From Pontiellaceae bacterium (GTDB lineage: Bacteria; Verrucomicrobiota; Kiritimatiellia; Kiritimatiellales; Pontiellaceae), in the NCBI GenBank assembly GCA_045566035.1, contig JBJLEI010000016.1, positions 1,923 to 65,922 of the forward strand: DNA of 64,000 bases. The letters are read 5' to 3'. Shown piece after piece: positions 20,223 to 30,600 of the stretch. Below the pieces are notes generated by a model. It ran no database searches, was not told the origin of the DNA, and was given only the letters and a program-made list of their open reading frames with translations. Position 1 is the stretch's first letter. The number at the start of each line of letters is the position of its first letter. The position numbers were made by a program, and so were the translations under genes.

Positions 20223-21023
20223 ATGAGTGATAATGTGATAAAACCAGGAAGTTACGAACATAAATTCGACGGTATTAAACGTATTTATGGAAAACAAAAC
20301 CAAGTATTATTAAAGAATCTCCATGTTGCTGTTATTGGCATTGGTGGTGTTGGCTCATGGGCGGTAGAAGCATTTGCTAGATCAGGATTAGGAGAAATCA
20401 CAATTATTGACTGGGACGATGTTTGTTATTCAAATACAAATCGTCAAATTCATGCTCTTGATAAGAATATTGGAAAATCAAAAGTTGATGTACTAAAAGA
20501 AAGAGTTTTTGAAATAAATTCTTCATGTAAAGTTAACGCTATTAGAGAATATTATACTGCTGAAAATGCAAGTCATCTAATATCAAATGATTTAGATTAT
20601 GTGATAGATGCTATTGACAAAAAAAATCAAAAAATTCATTTAATAAATCACTGCAAAAAAATAAATATTCCTATTATTACCTGCGGTGGAGCTGGTGGAA
20701 AAATTGACCCCTCACAAATTAAAATAGCCGATTTAGGTGAATCATATAATGATCCCTTGCTTTTCCAAATGAGAAAACAATTACGACGCGATTTAGGATT
20801 AGAAAAAGATGTAAAAGTAAATTTTAATGTGCCTTGTGTTTTCTCGGCCGAATCTATGCTCTACCCTGACTGTGAGGGGAATGTATCAACCGAAAAAATT
20901 AAAGGTTCAGAAAAACCTCGTCAACTTGATTGTAGTCAAGGGTTTGGTTCAACAACTTATGTGACAGGATGTTTTGGTTTCTTTATAGCAAGCTACGTAA
21001 TTAATAACCTATTTAAAAAATAG
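20223..21023 (+). CDS. tcdA: tRNA threonylcarbamoyladenosine dehydratase (ThiF/E1-like)
   Basis: GIGGVGSWAVEAFARSG, DDVCYSNTNRQIHA, DAID, GGAGGKIDP, DPL..RK.LR and CVFS.E motifs. Confidence 0.92.
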   Translation: MSDNVIKPGSYEHKFDGIKRIYGKQNQVLLKNLHVAVIGIGGVGSWAVEAFARSGLGEITIIDWDDVCYSNTNRQIHALDKNIGKSKVDVLKERVFEINSSCKVNAIREYYTAENASHLISNDLDYVIDAIDKKNQKIHLINHCKKINIPIITCGGAGGKIDPSQIKIADLGESYNDPLLFQMRKQLRRDLGLEKDVKVNFNVPCVFSAESMLYPDCEGNVSTEKIKGSEKPRQLDCSQGFGSTTYVTGCFGFFIASYVINNLFKK

Positions 21024-21098
21024 TTTACTATAATAACTTAAATGTAAGAAGTTTAATATCTTTGATCTCTTCTATTTGAGGATCATATTCCCATTTTT

Positions 21099-22124
21099 TT
21101 AACTACGTTCAATACGTTTATGAGCATCCATTAGCTCACCTTGATTTGTTTGCGCGGCTAATAATGATAATTCACCACACAAAACAGTTGCTGCACACAA
21201 TCCAGCTAACTTTTTAGCATCCAGCTCATCCGAAGCATTAAGGTCAAATCCCATTAGATCTAAATTATCTTTAACAAAGTCTAAATTTTTTCCGTTTCCA
21301 ATAGTTCCTAGGATTAAATTAGGTAGAGTCACCGTAAAGTATAAATCCCCTTCTTTTATTTCCGCAAAGGTTATCGCCTGAGATCCTTCAACAATGTTAG
21401 CGGCATCTTGTCCAGTTGCGAGATAAAATGCTAACAACATATTTGCGACATGAGCATTAGCACTTCTTACACTTCCGGATACCAAGCTCCCCAATAAATT
21501 TTTTCTTATATTAAGCTGAACTAATCGTTCAGGAGTAGTTTTTAGAAATTTACCACACAACTCTTTTGAAACGGTTATTTCTGCAATAATATATTTTCCT
21601 CGGCCTAATATTCCATTAACAGCTGATACTTTTTTATCCGTACAATAATTCCCTGAGATAGACTCATATGAAAGAGAGGGAAAGCGCTCTAATAGATAAT
21701 TCATAATTGCTTCGGCTGCTAATGTGCACATATTATGACCCGCTGCATTTCCTGTTTCGAAAGAAAATCTTAGAAAAATAAGATTGCCAATAATTTGTGA
21801 GTTTACATCTTCTAATTTTACATAATTACTTGTTGTTGATGCTGCCTCCGCAAGCGGATTATGATCTTTATTAATTTCATTAATTATATCTACTGCTGTT
21901 AATGCATCAGGCGCTTCAAATAATACAGAACGAGTCATTTTATCATCAACAACTGTGATGCTTATTCCTGAATCGGTATATGTAGACAATCTAGCTCCAC
22001 GATCTACTGATGGCCAAAGCGGGGATTCAAAAGTAGCTAATGGTATCTTGTATTCACCATGAAGGACATTGCCACTTATCTTAATAGGACCTATATTCTT
22101 CATTGGAACATTAGCAAAATTCAT
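21099..22124 (-). CDS. hmgR: Hydroxymethylglutaryl-CoA reductase (short class I-like, Streptomyces/Paracoccus type)
   Basis: PLATFESPLWPSV.RGA, MTRS, G.AAGHNM, SGNYCTDKK, ATGQDAANIVEGS, GT.G.G, CGELSLLAA and C-terminal catalytic His (MDAH). Confidence 0.93.
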   Translation of the reverse strand: MNFANVPMKNIGPIKISGNVLHGEYKIPLATFESPLWPSVDRGARLSTYTDSGISITVVDDKMTRSVLFEAPDALTAVDIINEINKDHNPLAEAASTTSNYVKLEDVNSQIIGNLIFLRFSFETGNAAGHNMCTLAAEAIMNYLLERFPSLSYESISGNYCTDKKVSAVNGILGRGKYIIAEITVSKELCGKFLKTTPERLVQLNIRKNLLGSLVSGSVRSANAHVANMLLAFYLATGQDAANIVEGSQAITFAEIKEGDLYFTVTLPNLILGTIGNGKNLDFVKDNLDLMGFDLNASDELDAKKLAGLCAATVLCGELSLLAAQTNQGELMDAHKRIERS

Positions 22125-22206
22125 TTTTAATCCTTATAATTTAAATTGATCAAAAAAATATAATAAATTTAGAAAAAGAATACTATTTAAACTTTCTATA
22201 GATAAA

Positions 22207-23772
22207 TTATCTTTTTGTTTTTGCAATTCTTTCAACTTGTTTTAAATAATCTTCAAGATCAGATCTAGGCTTAAGTTCATAAGCTCTTTTCAAAAATGGT
22301 ACAGCCTCACTATATTTTGATTGTCCAACCAATAATTGGCCATGTTTAAGATTAGCTTCAGCTTCATGTTTATCCGAATTAGCTGCACGTTCATAATAAA
22401 ATATAGCTTTTTCTGGAGTATTTCTTCCGTAATGTTGAGCTAGTAAAATTAATGCCTCACCATCCAATGGATCAACCTCAACTACCTCTTCAAGAATTTC
22501 TACTACATTACCAGTTTCACCTTGTGAAATAGCAACTCTTGCTTTTAATTTAAGAAGTTCTTTTAAATTATTTTCTGAAAGAAATTTTTTCTTTTCTGAA
22601 ATTCTATTTAAAATTCTATCGGATTCAATTAATGCGCCACGAGATGCTAATATTTTAGCTGCTCTTAAAGGATTTTCTGGATTTTCACTATTATCTAATT
22701 CATATGATCTTAAGTAGGCTTCTGTTGCTAAATCCCATTTTTCATCATTAACATAAATATCAGCTAACATAGTCATACTTGCGGGAGTAGCTTTCCCGAT
22801 TAGATTAACATATTCATAATTTTCAGCTGCTCTAATAGGTTGTTTCATTCCTAAAAAAGCATTTGCTTGCAATATCCAAAAATCTGCATTTTCTGGACTT
22901 TTTTCGATAAGGGAACTACACAAGCTAACTGCATCACCATACTTTTCTTGCTTAAAAAGACTCTTAGCTAAACCTAACTTCCAATCAACAGTATTAGAAT
23001 CTAACAAGATTGCAATTCTATAGGATGACTCAGCACTTAAATGTTTATCTAATGAACCATATGCATATCCTAAAAGTCCGTAAATTAAACTTGAATGTTC
23101 ACCTAATTCAATTGTTTTTGTTAAAAAAGGAATCGCTTCTTTAAATTTACTATCCTTAACATAAATTAATCCAGCATTTTTATAAGCTCTTCTAAAATTA
23201 GGAAATTTTTCTATAGCTTTATTATAAAAATTCAATGCTTTACTCATTTCCTCTTGTTGAAAATATAAATTAGCGATAGTAAAATCAAAGATAGCACTTG
23301 CAGAATCTTTATTGTATTTATTTAATAGCTTCAATGCATCTGTCATACTTTCATCCTCTGCCATCGCATCTAATACTTTTTGCATTTGCTCCTGCTCAAC
23401 AACTGAAACTCTTGGTTCAATTTCTGAATTAACACCATAACTTCCAAGAAACTCTTTTTGAAAACGCTTTGTCTTCCAAATAGAAAGGTCCAAGTAGTCA
23501 GACTCACTTTTTTTAAAATTATTTTCAGATTCTGCATAAATGATTTCAGACTCGGGAACATTTACCTCTAATGGGAGATCATCATTAACAGGAAAATTGA
23601 TTGAAGACTTTTCTTTAGGTGAATTTGCATTTTTATTGATATTTTCCACTCTTTTTTTGACAATTTTTTGGATTTTATCAATAGTTTCAGAATCACCATT
23701 TGAAAAATTTTCTAATCCAAAAAATAAGAAAATTATTACTATATATTTTAACTTTTTATTCATTATATTCAC
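22207..23772 (-). CDS. Exported TPR-repeat protein (TtpB-like partner of the TonB system)
   Basis: Signal peptide; many TPR-like helices (e.g. ALNFYNKAIEKFP, AVPFLKRAYELKP); last gene of the tonB cluster. Confidence 0.82.
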   Translation of the reverse strand: MNIMNKKLKYIVIIFLFFGLENFSNGDSETIDKIQKIVKKRVENINKNANSPKEKSSINFPVNDDLPLEVNVPESEIIYAESENNFKKSESDYLDLSIWKTKRFQKEFLGSYGVNSEIEPRVSVVEQEQMQKVLDAMAEDESMTDALKLLNKYNKDSASAIFDFTIANLYFQQEEMSKALNFYNKAIEKFPNFRRAYKNAGLIYVKDSKFKEAIPFLTKTIELGEHSSLIYGLLGYAYGSLDKHLSAESSYRIAILLDSNTVDWKLGLAKSLFKQEKYGDAVSLCSSLIEKSPENADFWILQANAFLGMKQPIRAAENYEYVNLIGKATPASMTMLADIYVNDEKWDLATEAYLRSYELDNSENPENPLRAAKILASRGALIESDRILNRISEKKKFLSENNLKELLKLKARVAISQGETGNVVEILEEVVEVDPLDGEALILLAQHYGRNTPEKAIFYYERAANSDKHEAEANLKHGQLLVGQSKYSEAVPFLKRAYELKPRSDLEDYLKQVERIAKTKR

Positions 23773-23775
23773 CTT

Positions 23776-24429
23776 TTATTCGTAGGTTATTGGTACTCTC
23801 ATTCTAAATTTTACCGGCTTACCTTTTCTTTTACCTGGCTCAAATTTCCATTTTTTAACTGCTGCTAATGCAGAATTATTAAATTTGGTATTAAAAGATT
23901 TTTGAATTTTTAAATTTTCAGTTCTTCCTTGTTCGTTAACAATAAACAATACATATACCGTTCCTCCCTGATACCCCCTTTTATTCACTTCATTTTTAGG
24001 AATAATTGGCATTGGTTTATAAACTGCTCTTGGTTTTTGATCTAAATCTGATAATGAAAAAATTGCGTCAACATCTTCACTTTTTCCAGCCACACTACTT
24101 ATATCAATTTCAAACTCACTGCTTCCAAAACCACCATCCCCAGGATTTAATGCTAATTCTAACTGGGAAAGATCTAATGGTTGCGAATCTACAACTGGTG
24201 GAGGTGGTGGCTCTTCTTCTGGTTCAGGCTCTTCTGGCTCCTCTATCGGTGGCGGTGGAGGAGGTGGAATATTTGCTATATCTGTCATCCTTACCGTTAA
24301 ATCCTTAGAAGGTGGTTGAGTAATAATTTGCAAAATAGGTAATATCATGAATAAACCAAAAGTAATAATTATTCCAAGAATAAAACTAGCCAATTCTCTT
24401 TTTAAATAAATTTTAATTTTTTTAGACAT
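23776..24429 (-). CDS. tonB: Energy transducer TonB
   Basis: N-terminal TM, poly-Pro/Glu-Pro spacer, C-terminal G.V.V.F.V...G and A..AVKKWKFEP motifs; ATG 24429 preferred over TTG 24453. Confidence 0.92.
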   Translation of the reverse strand: MSKKIKIYLKRELASFILGIIITFGLFMILPILQIITQPPSKDLTVRMTDIANIPPPPPPPIEEPEEPEPEEEPPPPPVVDSQPLDLSQLELALNPGDGGFGSSEFEIDISSVAGKSEDVDAIFSLSDLDQKPRAVYKPMPIIPKNEVNKRGYQGGTVYVLFIVNEQGRTENLKIQKSFNTKFNNSALAAVKKWKFEPGKRKGKPVKFRMRVPITYE

Positions 24430-24436
24430 TAAAATC

Positions 24437-24838
24437 CTAATTTTTAGTTGCAATACTTACTTTTAAAGCTCCTGCTAATTTAGCTTCATCAATTACTCTC
24501 ACTAATAATCCTGATTGTACATTTTGATCAGCTTGAACTATTACAGGCACTTCCTCTTTTTGAATCATTCTCTTAACTAATGGTTGAACGCCTGCAATAC
24601 CAATCTCTCGTCCGCCGTACACAATTTCACCCTTGTCTGTAATAGCTAATAAAATACTTATTTTCTCTAGTTGAACAGAAGAGGCAGCTTGAGGTTTATC
24701 AACTTCAATACCTGTTTCTTCTACAAAAGTAGTTGTTACAATAAAGAATATTAACAAGATAAATACACAATCTATTAAAGGTGATATATCTACACCTGCA
24801 TCACTACTTTCCTCACTTTTATTTCTAAATCTAGACAT
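24437..24838 (-). CDS. exbD: ExbD/TolR biopolymer transporter subunit
   Basis: DISPLIDCVFILLIFFIVTT motif; VQAD...V.VID motif. Confidence 0.94.
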   Translation of the reverse strand: MSRFRNKSEESSDAGVDISPLIDCVFILLIFFIVTTTFVEETGIEVDKPQAASSVQLEKISILLAITDKGEIVYGGREIGIAGVQPLVKRMIQKEEVPVIVQADQNVQSGLLVRVIDEAKLAGALKVSIATKN

Positions 24839-24862
24839 TTTATCTCCTTAAAAAAATTGAAA

Positions 24863-25501
24863 TTATTTAGACTCTTTAATTAAAATTTCACTTTTTTTTA
24901 CTTCTTTATATAATCTCTGCGTACAAATAGTTTGCAAATGAGCGATAAACGCTTTGTACTTTTGATGTTCTCTACCTAATTTATACTGAAATATGATTCC
25001 AGGTAATGCGACTATTAGACCTGTTTCAGTTGTTACTAAAGCCTCAGAAATACCTGACGCAATTAATGCCATTGTTTTATCTCCACCTGAGCCTGAAGCT
25101 AAAGCTGCAAATGTAGCTAACATTCCTGTTACTGTGCCTAGTAACCCTAAAAGAGGAGCTACACTAACACATGTTCGCATAACTTTTAGATCACGATTTA
25201 ATGGAGCTACTTCAGTCTGATTTAATTCTTCAAAAAAAACACCAATTTCTTTAATTGTTCTGGCTGTCATAACAAATCTAATCATTTTACCGACTTGTCC
25301 TTTTCCGCTAATTGGATTTTTAATCCATGCCTTCATTTTTTTTTCTGAAATCCATAAATATCCTTTTGTGCGAATTCGAAATGACATACTAAATCCAAGG
25401 TAAAAAATTAAAATAGCATCTAAAGATAAAGCGATCATGCCCCACCCTCCTGTGGACCATATTTCTGTAGCTTGCTGCCAAAATGTTATAGAGTTATCCA
25501 T
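24863..25501 (-). CDS. exbB: MotA/TolQ/ExbB proton channel protein
   Basis: APLLGLLGTVTGM and GISEALVTTETGL motifs. Confidence 0.92.
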   Translation of the reverse strand: MDNSITFWQQATEIWSTGGWGMIALSLDAILIFYLGFSMSFRIRTKGYLWISEKKMKAWIKNPISGKGQVGKMIRFVMTARTIKEIGVFFEELNQTEVAPLNRDLKVMRTCVSVAPLLGLLGTVTGMLATFAALASGSGGDKTMALIASGISEALVTTETGLIVALPGIIFQYKLGREHQKYKAFIAHLQTICTQRLYKEVKKSEILIKESK

Positions 25502-25508
25502 TTAATTA

Positions 25509-26894
25509 TTACTTAGTAGATTCTGGAGCGGTTCTAATCGTTCTATTCATAAATAATATTGCGACCTTTTCCATTCTATCCATGATTGTCTTTGCTTTTC
25601 TTGATAAAAAAGCAAACAAAATTAATGAAAAAATTGCAACTATAAGACCTAATGCCGTGGTTATTAATGCTTCAGAAATTCCTCCGGATAAGGTCTTAAC
25701 ATCACCAGAACCAAAAACAGTAATTAATTTAAAAGTGTTTATAATTCCTGTAACAGTTCCAAGCAATCCTAACAACGGAGCTGAAGAAGCACATACAGCA
25801 ATAAAAGGAGTATATTTTTCAACTTTTAACCTTGTTGTTAATATTTCTTCATACATTACTTCTTCAACAAGAGCATTATCCTCGTTAATATGTTCTAAGC
25901 CGATATTAAGCATATTAGCCGTAGGTCCTTTAATAGTTTTTAAAAAACTTTTAGCTTTTTCGAAATCATTATAAAGCATTGCGTTTAGTAATGGTTTAAA
26001 ATCAGCTTCATGTGGCATTGGAATTTTAGATAGCTGAATCCACTTAAAGATAGATAGTGATAATACTGCAAAAAACATTAAAACTATCACATATCCAACA
26101 ATTCCCCCTTTGTTAATTGTTTCAAATAATGACTCGGAGGTTTCTTCGATTTTTCTCGCATTACCAAGACTGGGGTCAAAGGGAAATAAACCTTCTTCAG
26201 CATAAACTGTTTTTTTAATATTTTCAACATTTTTAACATCCATAAAAGGTATTACCGTCGGTTCAAGTGAACCTAATTGTTGCTCAGCAATACCAACTAA
26301 ACTATCATCATCTGATGAAAATAGAGCTACCGGACCAAGCAATATAAACTTTCCATTTTTTACTAATCCATCTTTTCCAATAGCCGTTCCATTAAAACTC
26401 GCTCCTCCAACATGTGAAGTCAATCTATCAACAGATGACTCAACAAGTGCGATTTGCTTACTAAAAATCTGTGTGTCGCTCAGATTTGAATTTTCTGGGG
26501 CTAACGTTGATTCATCAACTATATCATTGTATTTGTTAATTTCAGATATATGCAATCGAGTTTGAAAATTTCTTATATATTCTCCTAGTAAATTTGAAAT
26601 ATAATTTTTTTCATCCCTTCTTGTTTTTATCTCAGAACGTAAATTATTTAAATCTAATGAACGATTATCAAGCTTTCTGATCGCTTCTTGATACTCAAGT
26701 CTAATATCAAGCAAATCGTCTTCAATGAGATTTAATTCCTTTACCATTGGAAGTTTTTCATCAGCAATTGATTTTCTAATTTGAGATAAATCAGACAAAC
26801 TCTGATTGAGCTTTTCTTGCATATCAATAGTTTGAGCTTCCGACTTAAAAAGTGATGCCAAAACAAAAAATAATAAAATAATAACTTTCTTCAT
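25509..26894 (-). CDS. TtpC-like long ExbB-family protein (periplasmic coiled coil + MotA/TolQ/ExbB domain)
   Basis: Signal peptide, coiled-coil N-terminus, DPS.G motif, APLLGLLGTVTGII and GGISEALITT motifs. Confidence 0.87.
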   Translation of the reverse strand: MKKVIILLFFVLASLFKSEAQTIDMQEKLNQSLSDLSQIRKSIADEKLPMVKELNLIEDDLLDIRLEYQEAIRKLDNRSLDLNNLRSEIKTRRDEKNYISNLLGEYIRNFQTRLHISEINKYNDIVDESTLAPENSNLSDTQIFSKQIALVESSVDRLTSHVGGASFNGTAIGKDGLVKNGKFILLGPVALFSSDDDSLVGIAEQQLGSLEPTVIPFMDVKNVENIKKTVYAEEGLFPFDPSLGNARKIEETSESLFETINKGGIVGYVIVLMFFAVLSLSIFKWIQLSKIPMPHEADFKPLLNAMLYNDFEKAKSFLKTIKGPTANMLNIGLEHINEDNALVEEVMYEEILTTRLKVEKYTPFIAVCASSAPLLGLLGTVTGIINTFKLITVFGSGDVKTLSGGISEALITTALGLIVAIFSLILFAFLSRKAKTIMDRMEKVAILFMNRTIRTAPESTK

Positions 26895-26900
26895 AATCAG

Positions 26901-27653
26901 TTACTCCTTATCCATATTTATCGGCAGCGTTATATATTCTGCTACCATTTCATTTTTAAAAATTGCAATTGAATCCGCTATCTCTTGGGCTATTTCATTT
27001 TTTGGCTTCCAAATCCATCCATCTCGAGATGGATAACCAATACCGGCAATATCCCCTTTTGTTGTACAATAAAAAGCATGAGCATAACCTAGATATAATG
27101 TCTGAACCTCAGCAGATCCACCATCAAGAAGACTTCGAACCTCACTAATAACTGATATTTCAGAGGCTCCTTTATTTAATTCATTTACAATCCCAACTAC
27201 GTTTTGATACCTCTCAGATAAAGTTAAATCATTCTTTTTATTTAAAGGAATTCTTTGACTTAGAGGTTTAATTTTTTCCTGAATATGTTGAGGAAGAGTT
27301 GGCAATAAGATTAAAAGTTCGTTTTCTAAAATATTTATTTTCTCTGATAATAATGTTGATGCTTTTTTTAAAGATTCATTATCTTTACCTAAATCAGTTC
27401 TTTTAGTATCTGATTGATTAATTAAATTTTCTGTTTCATTAATTTTTTCTTTTAATGAATTTCGTTCGGATGAGATTAAATCAATTCTATCCTTTAACAT
27501 TTCCTGTTCAATTTTCCATTCTTCAGATTCTAGGGAAATTAATTTTTTTGTTTCAACCCATTTAGAAATTAACTCCTTTGTTATATCAATCTCATTTGAA
27601 AAACAAATTTGTGTAAATAAAACAAATGTTAATGTAATTAATATTCTACTCAT
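26901..27653 (-). CDS. DUF3450/TtpD-like exported coiled-coil protein of TonB2-type systems
   Basis: Signal peptide; coiled coil; L.ERYQ, LYLG...FY, and W.W motifs; located immediately upstream of the TtpC-like gene. Confidence 0.75.
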   Translation of the reverse strand: MSRILITLTFVLFTQICFSNEIDITKELISKWVETKKLISLESEEWKIEQEMLKDRIDLISSERNSLKEKINETENLINQSDTKRTDLGKDNESLKKASTLLSEKINILENELLILLPTLPQHIQEKIKPLSQRIPLNKKNDLTLSERYQNVVGIVNELNKGASEISVISEVRSLLDGGSAEVQTLYLGYAHAFYCTTKGDIAGIGYPSRDGWIWKPKNEIAQEIADSIAIFKNEMVAEYITLPINMDKE

Positions 27654-27674
27654 TTTTTCTCCTTAATAATAAAT

Positions 27675-30600
27675 TTAAAAAGTGCAACTTAAGCCTAAAG
27701 AAAATGACTTTCCTTTTGTGTATGATGTATAAGTGGCATCTTTAAATCCTTCTTCTCTAAAAACTGTTTGTATTTTAGGATCTGTTAAATTATTTGCTTT
27801 AAAACTTAATTTTAAATTATCCGTTAACGAGGCAGATATTGATAAGTTTAGTGATCCATATGGAAGAGAATAAACTGCCGGAATAGTACCAAGTTCAGGT
27901 TTATTAATTTTAAGCGTGTCACCTTGATAGGTATAAAATAGACCTATTTTGATATCTTTAATATCCATATCATAAGTACAAAATAAATTATAAAGATTTT
28001 CAGGCATCCCCATCACATCTCGTTCAATTTCATCTGAAATATTTACATTTCCTTTAATAACAGTAACATTTCCACCAATATTAACCCCTTTAAAATTATA
28101 AAAATATCTACCTATATCTTGTCTAATTTCAAATTCATATCCATCTACCTCTGCTGATTCATAATTTGTGGGAAATGTCACAACATTAGGTCCAACTAAT
28201 GTCATAAAATATTCAATCGGATCTTTAATATCTTTCTTGAAATGAGAGACAGATATCAATCCGCCAGGATATGGTGTATAATCAAATCGATAGTCATAAT
28301 TTCGTACAGGACTTGCTTCGAGATTTGGATTACCAGCAAATATTGGAGCTCCCGGATAATCTCTTTGAAGGATAGGTGTTACTTCCTTAAATTGTTGTTT
28401 AGCAACCGTTTCAGAATAATTAACCCGCAAAAAAATATTTTTAAATGGTTTAATATCAACTCCAATTGCAGGTAAAATATCATTTCTACTATAATCAGCA
28501 TCTTCGGTAAAACCATTTCCTTGGGGTGTAAGTGCAGAAGATGCGTCATTATCCATTAGAATAGCTTTTGCAGCTTGAACGTCATTAGGATCAAGAAATG
28601 TCTTTAATGAAAATTTCTCATGTCTAGCTCCTCCATGAACAGATAAAAAATCAGATATAGGTATTTTAGTCATATAATAGTAAGCATCAAGATGTTGTTC
28701 ACCATCGTATGAAATATCACCAAGAGAGGTAAAAACGCTAGTATTTAAAAGTTCTGTTTCCGCTGTTCCATTAAAGTCCAAATCATAAAATCTTGATCCG
28801 TTGGCAAATAATGCAGAAGAATCATCTAACCAAGCTCCAGTAAATCCTGGTAAAGTTCCTGAACCTAATAATCCATTATCTGGGATGTTACTGAGTGATT
28901 GTTGAAAATATTTTCTATTTACTTTATCTTCAAATAAACCAATCTTAAAAAATCCATCCTCCGTAGTCCAATTTTCAAAATCCCATTTATAATTAAATGT
29001 TTGTTGATCACTTTCTTCAATCACTTCTTTATAAACAATTGCAAAATTTCCTAATTGATCACCAGCTTCATTTGGAACATAACTTCCAGCGGTGGCATTA
29101 CTTACAACCACCCCAGGAGTTGATCCCGATCCATTTAAATCTTCTTGATACCATCCGTGAGTAGGTAACGCCCATGATGAATTATCCTGGAGATCTAATA
29201 ACCAGTCCCACTCATCCTCAAACTCTGAATTCAATTCCGGCGGAGAAAGGACTTGTCCATTTGTAAGTGTATAATCGCTGAGCCATATATTATTTGGATT
29301 AAATGAGTTATTAAATCCGCCGCTATAATTTCCATTATAATTTGGGTCATCAACCAAAACCTCTTCCCCAGGATGCCACAGATATTCCAATATTAATTTA
29401 TTTGGCTCTTTTAAGGATGATGAGTTATTTGAGAAATTCCAGTCAATTGATGCCTGGTTAAGCGTTAATATATTTCCGATATTTAACTTCTTAAAAGGTA
29501 AGATATATTCCCCCGTAAGCTGATTAGAAGATGTATCTCGTTCTTTATATAATAGAGTCTCATTTCTTCGAAAAGGAGCTCTATATTTACTTGTGTCGTC
29601 GTTAGGGTTTACTGAATTTAAATAATTAGGATTATACAATTCTCTACCCCGAGTATCTTCTGCAAGGATAGCTGAATCTTCTGTGTTGTGAGTGAATACA
29701 TGAAGGTAATTTAATTTAAATAACTCATGCTCTAATCCAACTCCTACAGCTCCATTCCAATTGATTTCATATGAACTTTTTTTAATATCCCATAATTCAG
29801 TTAATGCAGTTCCACTTCCTTCTAAATTCCAATTACTTATATATGGAACTAAAATATTTTGTCCCTGCGCATTTGCTCTTTGGATTTGAGTTAGAGATGA
29901 TGTATATTTATCGGATGATAAATTATCTGTATGTGTAGCGCTTTGCTCATAATTAATTGTACTAAATATACCTAAAGATACATCTTTACCTAATAAAGAA
30001 ATATCATAGTTATTTCCTAATTCTAAACCCCATTTATAATTTACTGGTTGATCAATTCTTTTAACCCCGACAGATCCAGTTATTTCTTGTGGTGTTGGAT
30101 CTGTGCCAAACTGATGATCTATTGGCGGATTAAAGTCACGTTGACCAAGATAATTATTGTTACTAGACTCATAAGATAAAAAATCTCTTTGCCCGTCATT
30201 ATCATTAACCTTAACACCAATATTAAAGTTTAATGTGGGCTCTTCAGGAATGGTTTTTAACACAACATCTACTGCACCTCCGGAAGCATCACCCTGCTGG
30301 TCGGGAGTAAAAGACTTAACAACTCTAACACTCTCAATAAGTGAAGATGGGTATTGATCTAATTGTACAGCTCTTTTGTCTGGGTCTGATGTCGGCAAAC
30401 GCACTCCATTTAACAAGGAAACCACATATCTATCAGGTAATCCTCGAACAACAGCATATTTTCCATCTTGAACTGTTGTGCCCGAAACAAGTTTTAAGGC
30501 GCCAGCTGCATCACTTGCACCTGCTCGACTTATCAAATCTGCACCAATCGCATCCATTAATGCGCTACTTTCCATTCTTAAATTAAGTAAGCCAATTTCG

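Noticed and set aside
21060-21090. Hairpin TGATCTCT...GAGGATCA between tcdA and hmgR as a bidirectional terminator
   Set aside because: Imperfect, weak stem without an adjacent U tract; cannot support it.
24200-24270. GC-rich low-complexity stretch as possible foreign DNA or RNA gene
   Set aside because: It encodes the poly-Pro/Glu spacer of TonB.
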